From positions 400,104 to 464,103 of the forward strand of contig CALOEK010000002.1 in NCBI GenBank assembly GCA_942492345.1: a DNA stretch of 64,000 bases, written 5' to 3'. The DNA is from an uncultured Gammaproteobacteria bacterium (GTDB lineage Bacteria > Pseudomonadota > Gammaproteobacteria > Pseudomonadales > IMCC2047). The notes below the pieces were generated by a model that saw nothing but the letters and a program-made list of their open reading frames with translations, was not told the DNA's origin and did no database searches. Below are positions 40,775-50,127 of the stretch, piece by piece; the first letter of the stretch is position 1, and every line of letters starts with the position of its first letter. The position numbers and the translations under genes are program-made.

Positions 40775-41056
40775 GTGATGTGGATTTTCAACGCAGCGCC
40801 TTTGGTCGATGTTCATACCTTGATCAGCTGGTTGGGTGATGGCTGTTTTGATTTGATTTGTATTTTAGCCGTTCTGGTTTTTCTGCTTTACTCGTCAGTG
40901 AATCCTTCTGCAACAGATTTGTGGCAGTCACTGCAGGATTATTTCAATGATTCTGCTATTCAGTTTGATTATGGCAGTGTTTCCAGCTCTAACAATCCAC
41001 GCGTCGAGTTAACGATTCATTATCGTTCCTCCGGTTTTTATTACAGCTCAGGGTAA
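40775..41056 (+). CDS. hypothetical small protein with one predicted TM helix
   Basis: ORF only (GTG start). No recognisable motif and no clear SD. Confidence 0.3.
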   Translation: MMWIFNAAPLVDVHTLISWLGDGCFDLICILAVLVFLLYSSVNPSATDLWQSLQDYFNDSAIQFDYGSVSSSNNPRVELTIHYRSSGFYYSSG

Positions 41057-41260
41057 CCCTTTTTACCGAGTTGGTTCGGCCCAATGTGACTAAGATCAGG
41101 TGCGAATGGTAAGTTACCAAGCAACCTTGGCTTGATGGGCTTCGATTTAATCTGTAAAGCCGCTAAACGGTTTGTATTGACCGCCTGTCTAACGGGTATG
41201 GAGTCATTTGAACGCAGGCCTTTATAATGACTCTAATATAAAAGAACATTGGAGGCACGG

Positions 41261-42721
41261 GTGTCGGAAACGTGTTATCTCATTCTTGATCAGGGTGGTC
41301 AAAGTAGCCGTGCGTTAGTGATTAGCGTGGCGGGTCAAACGTTGGCTCGTGCTTCGTTAGCTGTTGCTACTCAGACTCCTGCTGCCGAGAAAGTTGAGCA
41401 GGATGCCGAAGAGCTTGTTAGCTCCTTGCAGCAGGTGGCTGAAGAAGCTGTTGCAAAGTTAACGCCTGAACAGCGGCGCGGTTTATTTTCTGCCGGTTTG
41501 GTAACGCAGCGCTCTAGCATGGTGTGTTGGAAGCGCGATACGCTTGAGGCAATTACCCCGGTGATCAGTTGGCAGGACCGTCGCGCTCATGCCTGGCTTG
41601 AGCGTCAAAAAATCAATCCACAGTGGTTTCGTCGTCACACCGGGCTTTATCCCAGTGCGCATTACGGTGCCAGCAAAATGCATTGGTGCTTAAATAATGA
41701 TGTCGATGTCCAGCAGGCCTTTATTGACGGCAATCTGATGTTCGGGCCTCTGGCAGGTTATTTAGCGGCACGCCTGACGGGCTCCCATCAAGTTAAAGTT
41801 GATCCCGCTAATGCACAGCGCACAGGTCTTTATAATATTGACAGTAATGACTGGGATGCGGATCTTCTACAGCTGTTTGATATTCCCCGCAGTCTGCTGC
41901 CGGAGCTGGCCTTTACCTGTGATAATTTTGGCTCGTTAACCTTGCCTGATTTTAAGTTGCCGCTGCAATTATTAAGCGGTGATCAATCGACGGCAATCTA
42001 TGCCTATGGCGAGCCAACAGCAGGCACTGCTTACATTAATGCCGGTACCGGTGCTTTTGTATCGGCGCTGTGGCATGAAAAAAACTACCCGGAACAGCTG
42101 CTCAAAAGTGTTGTTTATTCGGGAGAGCAATCACAGTTTGTTGTTGAGGGCACGGTTAATGGCGCCGGTAGTGCGTTGACTTGGGCACAGAATTTATTGC
42201 ACCTTGAGGATACCGAGGAGCTGGATGAGCTGGAAATTTCCACTGATGAAGTGCCTTTGTTTATCAACGCAGTGGGGGGGGTGGGCTCGCCCTATTGGCA
42301 GGCGAGTTTAATGCCCAGTTTTGTCGGGCAGGGCAGTGATCGGCAGAAACTATTGGCGGTTCAGGAAAGTATTAAGTTTTTGCTGCAAAGCAATCTGGTA
42401 GTGATGCAAGCTCATGGTTTCCATCTGCAAAAGATTATTATTTCTGGTGGACTCTCTCAAAGTAATATTTTTTGTCGAAATTTGGCTGGCCTCACTAACA
42501 TACCGGTTTGGCGTCCTGAAGAAGTGGAGGCCTCGGCGCGTGGTGCAGCCTACCTTCTGGCCCAGCAGAGCCGTGTCGGATGTGTCATATCGGTTGCTGA
42601 ATGGTCGAAGTTAGCGGGTATAGAGTTTGCGCCAGACAATGGCGTTCATGAGCAGCTTAACCACCGGTTTGGCCGTTGGCGTGAGGCTTTACAGACGCAT
42701 TTGAGTGAGCTGTCTGATTAA
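41261..42721 (+). CDS. FGGY-family carbohydrate (glycerol-kinase-like) kinase
   Basis: LILDQGGQSSRA N-terminal ATPase motif and C-terminal GGLSQS. GTG start 5 nt after GGAGG. Confidence 0.8.
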   Translation: MSETCYLILDQGGQSSRALVISVAGQTLARASLAVATQTPAAEKVEQDAEELVSSLQQVAEEAVAKLTPEQRRGLFSAGLVTQRSSMVCWKRDTLEAITPVISWQDRRAHAWLERQKINPQWFRRHTGLYPSAHYGASKMHWCLNNDVDVQQAFIDGNLMFGPLAGYLAARLTGSHQVKVDPANAQRTGLYNIDSNDWDADLLQLFDIPRSLLPELAFTCDNFGSLTLPDFKLPLQLLSGDQSTAIYAYGEPTAGTAYINAGTGAFVSALWHEKNYPEQLLKSVVYSGEQSQFVVEGTVNGAGSALTWAQNLLHLEDTEELDELEISTDEVPLFINAVGGVGSPYWQASLMPSFVGQGSDRQKLLAVQESIKFLLQSNLVVMQAHGFHLQKIIISGGLSQSNIFCRNLAGLTNIPVWRPEEVEASARGAAYLLAQQSRVGCVISVAEWSKLAGIEFAPDNGVHEQLNHRFGRWREALQTHLSELSD

Positions 42722-43916
42722 GCTCATCGCTGGTGTTCGGTTTTAATGGCAGGTTTTTAGTATCGGCTATTTTTTTGCGGGGCCCGATGCTTTTGCGGAT
42801 GAGTTTAACGACCTTTTCTGCGGTCGCTCGGTAGCCTGTCAATTTTCCTCCATACACACTAATCCACTGAGCAGCGCCGGGTCGATCGCAAATCAGCTGC
42901 GTTTCACGAGAGCGCCTGAAGGCACTGGTTTTTTGTTTTGGCAGTACGCGAAGACCGGCAAAGGCATCAATTACTTCACCGTTAAAGCCCGGAAAGTAAT
43001 GGTTTAACACTGTCAGCAAATAGTCCTTTTCATGTGCCTGGGGCTCAACGTTATCAGGATCACCCTCAAACAGCGTTTCGGTAGTGCCAAGCAAAGTATT
43101 GCCGTACCAGGGCAGCACAAATACGGCGCGCTGATCTTGCGGCGCTTCCAGATAAAAGCATTCATCGCTGAGCTGACCCGATAAAATCAGGTGTGTACCC
43201 TGGACTAAGTCCACTTCGGTTGATGGCGGTGTAGGGCTGGCTAATGCATTGACATTATTTGCCCAAGGGCCGGCAGCGTTAATAACGACGCGGCTGATAA
43301 TTTCCTGTTTTTCTCCCTGCCATTGATAACGTAGGGTATAACCTCCACCGACATGTTTTGCACTGATCAATTTGGCAGGTGATAGTGCATGAGCGCCTAA
43401 TTCTCTGGCTGAATAAATGACTGCGCGAGTAAGTAGTCGATCATCGGTTTGCGCATCGGGGTAGCAAAAAACCTGCTCAAGACCTGCGCTTCTCAAGCCC
43501 TGTAATTGCTGACGTTCGATTTTTGTTAATCGGCTGTAACGGCAGTCCTGTCGATTACCGCCAAATAGGGCATATAACGACAAGCCAATACGTAGCTGCC
43601 AGCTTTTGTAGTGTGAGTCTGTATAGAGAGGGATATAAAAATTATTGCGGCGTACCAGCTCAGGCGCTATTTTCAGCAGGATTTCCCGCTCGCGGATGCT
43701 TTCCCTAACCAGCGCAAATTGCCCGCTCTGTAGATATCGTAGGCCACCATGAATTAACTTGCTGGATTTACTGGATGTGCCGGCAGCCCAGTCATTTTTT
43801 TCCAGTAGCAGAACTTGATACCCGGCGGCAGCGGCAGCTTGGGCGATACCTGCACCGTGAATGCCGCCACCAATAATGGTGACGTCGTATTGGTGCTGAA
43901 GTAAAGGGGAGGTCAT
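42657..43916 (-). CDS. FAD-dependent glycerol-3-phosphate dehydrogenase/oxidase-like oxidoreductase (short GlpD type)
   Basis: DVTIIGGGIHGAGIA...GTSSKSSKLIHGGLRYL. ATGA overlap with the upstream GDPD gene. Confidence 0.8.
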   Translation of the reverse strand: MTSPLLQHQYDVTIIGGGIHGAGIAQAAAAAGYQVLLLEKNDWAAGTSSKSSKLIHGGLRYLQSGQFALVRESIREREILLKIAPELVRRNNFYIPLYTDSHYKSWQLRIGLSLYALFGGNRQDCRYSRLTKIERQQLQGLRSAGLEQVFCYPDAQTDDRLLTRAVIYSARELGAHALSPAKLISAKHVGGGYTLRYQWQGEKQEIISRVVINAAGPWANNVNALASPTPPSTEVDLVQGTHLILSGQLSDECFYLEAPQDQRAVFVLPWYGNTLLGTTETLFEGDPDNVEPQAHEKDYLLTVLNHYFPGFNGEVIDAFAGLRVLPKQKTSAFRRSRETQLICDRPGAAQWISVYGGKLTGYRATAEKVVKLIRKSIGPRKKIADTKNLPLKPNTSDELNQTAHSNASVKPHANGQTGG

Positions 43917-44644
43917 TGTGCTAGTGTCTGCTGCATATCACCAATAGCAAAGGTTTCTATGTATTCAATGCCTCGCTGATGTAGCGATCTGGCAAGCTCG
44001 GGGGAATCTACTTCATAGACCACGAGTTTGCTTTTAAGATCGAAGAAATCATTTTTTTTTGGCAGGTCATCGACATCGGCAAAGATATAGTCAGGTGCCA
44101 TCGTTTCAACGTCTGTTTTATATAAATCCTTCCAACGTCTCAGAGCGACTCCTATCGAGTGCCAGCCTGAACTGTGAGCAAACATCATGAAGGGGATATG
44201 AAAGCTGATTAGCGTACATTGGGTTGCCACGGGCTCGAGAATTTCAGTGATACGTTGATAGGTTTTTTCAATGCCATGAAAATCAATAGTGACAGATTTC
44301 ACTTCAATGAAAGCATGCACCTGTGGGTGCTCGCAAAGAAGCGTGACAAGATCAGCTAGCGATTCAATGGTGAGCCCCAGAAATTGGTCGCTCAGCCGCT
44401 TGGGCTCGTGATTGGGTGCCAGTGATAAAGGTTTAAAGAGATGATCGTGTACAGCCCCTTTAAGGCCGGTGCAACGCTTTAATTTACGGTCATGGTAAAG
44501 CACAGGCTGTTCATCGGCGCTGAGTTGCACATCGGTTTCAATAAAGCGCGCGCCTGCTTTGATGGCTTCGCGGTAAGCCAGCAGAGTGTTTTCCGGAAAC
44601 AAACGTTGATAGCCGCGATGGGCGACCAGTTTGATGCTGCTCAT
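43913..44644 (-). CDS. glycerophosphodiester phosphodiesterase family protein
   Basis: VAHRGY...ENTL.AY..A...GA.FIETDV...D...V.YHD motif. Start trimmed to MSSIKL. Confidence 0.8.
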   Translation of the reverse strand: MSSIKLVAHRGYQRLFPENTLLAYREAIKAGARFIETDVQLSADEQPVLYHDRKLKRCTGLKGAVHDHLFKPLSLAPNHEPKRLSDQFLGLTIESLADLVTLLCEHPQVHAFIEVKSVTIDFHGIEKTYQRITEILEPVATQCTLISFHIPFMMFAHSSGWHSIGVALRRWKDLYKTDVETMAPDYIFADVDDLPKKNDFFDLKSKLVVYEVDSPELARSLHQRGIEYIETFAIGDMQQTLAQ

Positions 44645-45081
44645 GGTGTTGAGTTCCCCAAAGTTAATGCCAGTATGAGCGATATTACAGACCTCTTCCA
44701 GTAACAATGTACCTCCATTGACTGGCTTGCATTAGCGGAATAAATGCCGGAGTATCAACGCCAACTGAAATCTGCAGACATAAAAATTATTGGCAACAAT
44801 AGTCTCTCGAACGTTAGCTAGTTGCAGGAGCGATTAGAGCGATAGTCATACTAGGGCGATGTAACCAAGATTCCGCTAATGCATCGTACCTCTAATGGAT
44901 TGGGTCGTTAGAAGGCACGTTAGGAAACACCTTATAAAGTTGCTGTGAGGGGGTTCTTTTCAAGTCCGCTTGCTTAGGCGCTGCTCATTTATGGGCTATT
45001 CATTTACGGGTAAGGGTCCTTGCTCTAAGCTAATAGAGAGTTGTAAAAATCGCTATCATCACGTTATGGAAAAGGTCATCT

Positions 45082-45534
45082 ATGGAGTTTGAAATTGTGT
45101 ATTGGCATTGGCTGGTATTAGGCATGGTGCTCATGATGTTTGAAATTGTTCTGCCCAGTTTTATTGCGCTCTGGTTTGGCGCGGGAGCGTTGCTGGTAGG
45201 GCTTGTGTTGTTAGTTTTCCCCGAGTTGGTCCTGGAAGTGCAGATTTTAATATGGATCGCTGCCTCGGTTGTTTTTACCTGGCTCTGGTTTAAATACCTT
45301 AAACCTAAAGCGGTTGATAAAACCAAAGCGGGTTTATCTCGTGAGGCGATAGTGGGGCAAACCGGTTTGGTGATTTCCAAACCGGTGGAGAATAAACGAG
45401 GCGAATTGCGTTTTTCTACACCTGTTTTAGGTAATGAAGAGTGGGCTTTTATCTGTGACCAGGATGTTGAATCTGGAGATCGGGTTGTGGTTAATGATGT
45501 GTCAGGCAATACACTAATCGTCACAAAAAAATAA
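45082..45534 (+). CDS. NfeD-family membrane protein
   Basis: 150 aa with N-terminal TM helices and a C-terminal OB-like domain (G.V........GELRF......W......V..GD.V.V). Precedes an SPFH gene. Confidence 0.85.
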   Translation: MEFEIVYWHWLVLGMVLMMFEIVLPSFIALWFGAGALLVGLVLLVFPELVLEVQILIWIAASVVFTWLWFKYLKPKAVDKTKAGLSREAIVGQTGLVISKPVENKRGELRFSTPVLGNEEWAFICDQDVESGDRVVVNDVSGNTLIVTKK

Positions 45535-45561
45535 TTTTTTAAGAAAACTAAGGAAAAGTAA

Positions 45562-46416
45562 ATGGAAGGACTAATTGTTGTCGGTGTGTTTCTCGCGCTC
45601 GTTATTATCAGCATTGCCCAAGGCGTTAAACTGGTACCACAGGGAAGTAAATGGGTTATACAAAGACTGGGGAAATACCACAGTACGCTTAATCCCGGCT
45701 TGAATATTATTATTCCTTATATCGATACAGTGGCTCATCGTGTGACCACAAAGGACATTGTGTTGGAAATCCCTTCTCAGGAAGTGATTACTAAAGATAA
45801 CGCGGTAATCGTTGCCAATGCCGTTGCCTACATTAATATTGTTTCGCCAGAAAAAGCAGTTTACGGGGTCGATAACTTTAGTTTTGCCGTACAAACCTTA
45901 GTGCAAACTACCTTACGTTCTATTGTCGGTGAAATGTCTCTTGATGATGCTCTCTCGTCCCGTGATCAAATTAAATCGAAACTCAAAACGAATATTTCAG
46001 ATGATATTGCTGATTGGGGTATCACGTTAAAAACGGTTGAAATTCAGGATATTAATCCTTCTTCTACGATGCAGTCTGCAATGGAAGAACAGGCTGCGGC
46101 AGAGCGTGCTCGACGAGCGACAGTGACTCGCGCTGAAGGTGAAAAAGAAGCGGCGATTCTTGAGGCTGATGGACGTCTTGAAGCATCGAGACGTGACGCT
46201 GAGGCACAAGTGGTGTTGGCAGAAGCCAGTCAGCAGGCGATCGAAAAGGTAACCGCGGCAATTCAAACGAATGAACTTCCGGTGATGTATCTATTGGGTG
46301 AACGTTATATCGATGCCGTTAAGGATATGTCTAAGTCAGAGAATGGCAAACTGGTGTTGATCCCTGCGGATTTGCCTGCCGCTGTACGTGGCCTGATGGG
46401 GAGTTTGGGCAAGTAA
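45562..46416 (+). CDS. SPFH/band-7 (stomatin/paraslipin, QmcA-like) protein
   Basis: 284 aa with an N-terminal anchor, an SPFH core (V.ERLGKY...L.PGLN.IIP..D) and an Ala/Glu-rich coiled coil. Confidence 0.9.
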   Translation: MEGLIVVGVFLALVIISIAQGVKLVPQGSKWVIQRLGKYHSTLNPGLNIIIPYIDTVAHRVTTKDIVLEIPSQEVITKDNAVIVANAVAYINIVSPEKAVYGVDNFSFAVQTLVQTTLRSIVGEMSLDDALSSRDQIKSKLKTNISDDIADWGITLKTVEIQDINPSSTMQSAMEEQAAAERARRATVTRAEGEKEAAILEADGRLEASRRDAEAQVVLAEASQQAIEKVTAAIQTNELPVMYLLGERYIDAVKDMSKSENGKLVLIPADLPAAVRGLMGSLGK

Positions 46417-46622
46417 TCCAATCTACGTAGGGAACTATAGTCGCTTCTGATTCAGTATCATCCACCCTCAGGTGACGTGTTGTTTGAGGGATGACTGAAT
46501 CGGCCCAGATTACGGGGCCGGGCTAAGTAATTTTAAACAAGGTGGCTGAAGCTGAAGTAGAAGCTGCAGGCCTTGCTTAGTAGCCGTCCTGTATTTGGTG
46601 ACAACACCGATAGTGTTACCAA

Positions 46623-47027
46623 TTATTCGGGGTATCCGTTAAAGGCAGTGATGTCATCATGACAGGACCAGTCTGAACGTGATCCACAGAAAATACGAGC
46701 CTCGGGGCTAATGTCCGGTTCATGATCTAGGGTGCCTGCGGGTAAAACCACCATGCCCAAGTTCGGGAAATGACGGGGTAGTGGTGCACCGCATTCGCTA
46801 CAAAAATCATTTTTGAAACGGTCGGCTTCTGGCACTTTATAACTTTTGATTAGGTGATCACCCTTTAGCCATTCAATGCCGCTTGTTTTGATGCGAATGT
46901 TGCTGGCATGGCCCGTGCCGGTGGCCTTCCGGCAACGCAAGCAGTGGCAATGGTAAAACGCGGTGGTTTGACCTTCAATTTTGTAGGCGATTTGTCCACA
47001 GAGACAGCTGCCGGTGAGCGTTGTCAT
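46623..47027 (-). CDS. GFA-family (glutathione-dependent formaldehyde-activating / CENP-V-like) zinc protein
   Basis: GSCLCGQIAY...YHCHCLRCRK pattern. Start trimmed to MTTLTGSC. Confidence 0.8.
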   Translation of the reverse strand: MTTLTGSCLCGQIAYKIEGQTTAFYHCHCLRCRKATGTGHASNIRIKTSGIEWLKGDHLIKSYKVPEADRFKNDFCSECGAPLPRHFPNLGMVVLPAGTLDHEPDISPEARIFCGSRSDWSCHDDITAFNGYPE

Positions 47028-47134
47028 AAAATTCTCTCGAAAATATACAGGTAGTAGCGGGTATTTTAGACGCTGTTTGCCAGCATTGGCAGCTGCCATT
47101 AGAATAATTGCCTGAAGCTAATGGAGGAAATGTT

Positions 47135-47563
47135 ATGAAAAAATCTGTAATAGGGAGTGATTTTTTCACTAAGGGATTGTTGTCAATTCTATTGTTGAGC
47201 TTGTCGGGCTGGGTAATGGCCCAGAACGAACAACAAATGCAGCAGATGATGGACATGGCGCAAAAGGCACAAACCTGTATGGCAAATATAGACCGTGGCC
47301 AATTAAATGACATGGCGAGTAAGGCTAAGCACATGGAAGCTGAAATTAAACAGCTTTGCAGTGCCGGTAAGCGTGCTGAGGCTCAGAGTCTGGGTGTGAA
47401 ATACGGCATGGAAATGTCACGGAGCGATGTTGCCAACGCGATGCGAAAGTGCAGTGAAATGATGTCAGGCGCGCTGGCGGGGATGGGGTCCAGCATTATG
47501 CCCGGTATGGGGTTTCCGGATGTAAAGGGTATGGAAAACACGCATATTTGTGATGCTTATTGA
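47135..47563 (+). CDS. exported Met/Gln-rich small protein with 4 Cys, function unknown
   Basis: GGAGGA SD, then a signal peptide (LLSILLLSLSGWVMA). By my count the mature part has 16 Met. Confidence 0.6.
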   Translation: MKKSVIGSDFFTKGLLSILLLSLSGWVMAQNEQQMQQMMDMAQKAQTCMANIDRGQLNDMASKAKHMEAEIKQLCSAGKRAEAQSLGVKYGMEMSRSDVANAMRKCSEMMSGALAGMGSSIMPGMGFPDVKGMENTHICDAY

Positions 47564-47572
47564 GGCGAGAAA

Positions 47573-48940
47573 TTATTCCGAACGGATATTTTGAGGGGCC
47601 GGTAAGGCGTTCAAGTTTTCGTTAACGGCTAGGTCTGGTGAATCGATTTCTGGCTCTAATTCCGGCGTTATTGGTAACGGTTGGAGTGGGTCAGAGACTC
47701 CCCCCTCTGATTTTTGAATGCCAATTCGATAGGCTGCGAAGCCGGGTTGTACAACCTGGTTGACTGCCATGCCTAGAATACGTCCAGTATAGGGCGCGCG
47801 GATTTCACTGCGGACATTAGTGATCGGATTGGTGACGGTTCCCAGTAATTCATCCTTATCGACTCGTTGGCCCAGTTTTACCTTGCTGAATAGAATGCCT
47901 CCACGATCAATGCGCACCCAAACCGAATGATAGTAAACGGGCTCCGGTGCGCCCCACAGACTGATTTTTTTATTCATTTTCATGCTGGCAAGCAGGGTTT
48001 GAATGCCCTTGACGCCATGACTAACGGCCTTCTCTTCTAGATGTGTTGAGCCTCCTGCTTCCAGAGTCACGGCTGGAATACCGTTATCAGTGGCGGCGCG
48101 GCGCAAAGTGCCTGGTGCGCCGATACTGTGTAAAACGGCGGTTGCACCAAAACCTTGCGTCAGTTTAACCACTTCAGGTTGTGTTAAATCAGCGCGTAGC
48201 TGTGGCAGGTTTATACGGTGGAAGGAACCTGTATGCAGGTCAACTAATGCATCACAATGGCTGATGACTTCGCGGAAAAAGGAGTGGGCGATCCGTGCTG
48301 CAGAGCTACCATCTGGGTTGCCGGGGAAAAAGCGGTTAAGGTCGCGACGGTCAGGTAAATAACGAGAACCACGGTGAAAACCCGGTAGGTTCACAATTGG
48401 TACGCCGATCACAGTACCACTGAGCGATTGGGCTTCCAGTGTGTACATTACACGCCTTACGGTTTCGATACCGTTCAGTTCATCACCATGCACTGCAGCG
48501 GTCAGGCATAGTACTGGTCCTGGTTTGGCGCCGTTGACGACTAGAACGGGGGTGGGGGTGGCAATGCCTTCAAATGATTGGCTGGGTGACCAGGCCAGGC
48601 GGGTGCTAGTGCCGGGTAATACTTGATTGCCTAACAATATTAAAGGGACAGCTAGGGTTGCACTTTCAACGCCGGGTTCTGAAGATATGCTCTTTTGCTG
48701 AGCAACTCCCGATGAGTTTTCAATAACCGGTTTTTCCAAATCAATACTTTGAGCTTTGGGTAGCACCAGCGATTTTTTGCTGACGTTTTTCTCTTCGCTG
48801 ATACTTTTATCTACGCGCTCATTGGCGAGTGCAAGGCCCGATGGCAAGTTTAATGTAAGGCACAGGCAGAATAAGGCAAACAGCCACGTGTTCTTAGGGG
48901 GTGATCCTGTGTTCGAAATATGCGTGTAACGTTGAGACAT
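47573..48940 (-). CDS. exported succinylglutamate desuccinylase/aspartoacylase (AstE/AspA, M14-like) family deacylase
   Basis: GPVLCLTAAVHGDELNG zinc motif and a C-terminal beta-hybrid region. Trimmed to the ATG, giving a signal-peptide-like N-terminus (WLFALFCLCLTLNLPSGLALA). Confidence 0.75.
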   Translation of the reverse strand: MSQRYTHISNTGSPPKNTWLFALFCLCLTLNLPSGLALANERVDKSISEEKNVSKKSLVLPKAQSIDLEKPVIENSSGVAQQKSISSEPGVESATLAVPLILLGNQVLPGTSTRLAWSPSQSFEGIATPTPVLVVNGAKPGPVLCLTAAVHGDELNGIETVRRVMYTLEAQSLSGTVIGVPIVNLPGFHRGSRYLPDRRDLNRFFPGNPDGSSAARIAHSFFREVISHCDALVDLHTGSFHRINLPQLRADLTQPEVVKLTQGFGATAVLHSIGAPGTLRRAATDNGIPAVTLEAGGSTHLEEKAVSHGVKGIQTLLASMKMNKKISLWGAPEPVYYHSVWVRIDRGGILFSKVKLGQRVDKDELLGTVTNPITNVRSEIRAPYTGRILGMAVNQVVQPGFAAYRIGIQKSEGGVSDPLQPLPITPELEPEIDSPDLAVNENLNALPAPQNIRSE

Positions 48941-49134
48941 AACCGCTGTCAGAAAAGCCTTGTAGGTGTTGCGTAGATCGAAAGGAAAAAATAATTGTTT
49001 AGAAAGTATAGTCGGATTTTGATCCGCTGCTGCTTTGTTTCTTTTCCTCCGCAATTGATGGCCTCAACGGCTATCGATGCTGTTAGAATGCGCGACCCTA
49101 TTCAGGTTCCATAAACTCTCAGGTTTGTTTTTTT

Positions 49135-50073
49135 ATGTGGTTTAAAAATTTACAGGTTTATCGTTTTACCAAAGCCTTTTCCCAGACACCGGAAGAATTG
49201 AGTGAAACCCTTGAAGCAAAGGCGTTTCAGCCCTGTGCGGGACAAGATATGTTGAAGCTGGGCTGGGTGCCTCCGTTGGGGCGTTTTGGCAGTGAATACG
49301 TACATGCCAATAACGGTTACCTGATGATCTGCGCCAAACGTCAGGAAAAAGTTTTACCGCCAGCGGTTATTAATGAAGAGCTGGAAGAACGGTTGTTAGC
49401 GTTGGAAGAAAACGAAGATCGTAGAGTGGGTCGCAAGGAACGTAACCAGATGAAGGATGAGGTGATGTTTGAATTATTACCACGTGCCTTTGCTCGTTCC
49501 AGTTTGCAGTTTGCTTATATCGATGCCAATGACGGTTTGCTGGTGGTGAACTCATCCTCGGTTAAACGAGCTGAAGAATTAATCGGTTTATTACGTGACG
49601 CAGTGGGGCCGTTGTCACTGATTCCGTTAACGGCTAAAAACTTACCCATTCAGGTGATGACCGATTGGGTTGAAAAGGGTCAGGTTGCTGACGGTTTTGA
49701 ACTGGGCCAAGCCTGTGAGTTGCGTGATAACGATGATGTTAGTAGCGTGATTCGTTGTACTAATCTGAATCTGGAATCCGAAGAGATCAACAATCATATT
49801 AAAGCCAGTATGCATGCCAGTAAGCTAGCGCTGAGTTGGCAGGAGCGCGTTGAGTGTATCGTTGATGATAAGCTGGCCGTCAAACGTTTGCGTTTCACTG
49901 ATGTGGTGCAGGAAAAAGCAGACGAAGTCGACGCCCAGGATTTTGCGGAACAATTTGATGTGGATTTTGCCATTATGACGCTGGAATTATCTGCCTTTAT
50001 TAAAGCGCTGATGGAAGCTTTTGGTGGTGAAAATGACGATAGCTCTGCAGTGACTGCGCAGAATGCAGCCTAA
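49135..50073 (+). CDS. rdgC: recombination-associated protein RdgC
   Basis: MWFKNLQVYRF N-terminus, 312 aa. Confidence 0.93.
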   Translation: MWFKNLQVYRFTKAFSQTPEELSETLEAKAFQPCAGQDMLKLGWVPPLGRFGSEYVHANNGYLMICAKRQEKVLPPAVINEELEERLLALEENEDRRVGRKERNQMKDEVMFELLPRAFARSSLQFAYIDANDGLLVVNSSSVKRAEELIGLLRDAVGPLSLIPLTAKNLPIQVMTDWVEKGQVADGFELGQACELRDNDDVSSVIRCTNLNLESEEINNHIKASMHASKLALSWQERVECIVDDKLAVKRLRFTDVVQEKADEVDAQDFAEQFDVDFAIMTLELSAFIKALMEAFGGENDDSSAVTAQNAA

Positions 50074-50127
50074 AGCTGTCATTTCCTGGGGATGATACCT
50101 TTAAAAAGTAGTGGCGAATAATAAGCA

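Noticed and set aside
44729-44882. The 13-bp inverted-repeat-bounded 154-bp segment interpreted as a MITE.
   Set aside because: No target-site duplication flanks the inverted repeats, and no second copy was seen in the window. It is kept only as a structural observation in the findings.
45030-45614. 194-aa ORF antisense to nfeD.
   Set aside because: It is a shadow ORF opposite a well-supported NfeD-SPFH operon, and its composition (S/T/P/I-rich) looks non-protein-like.
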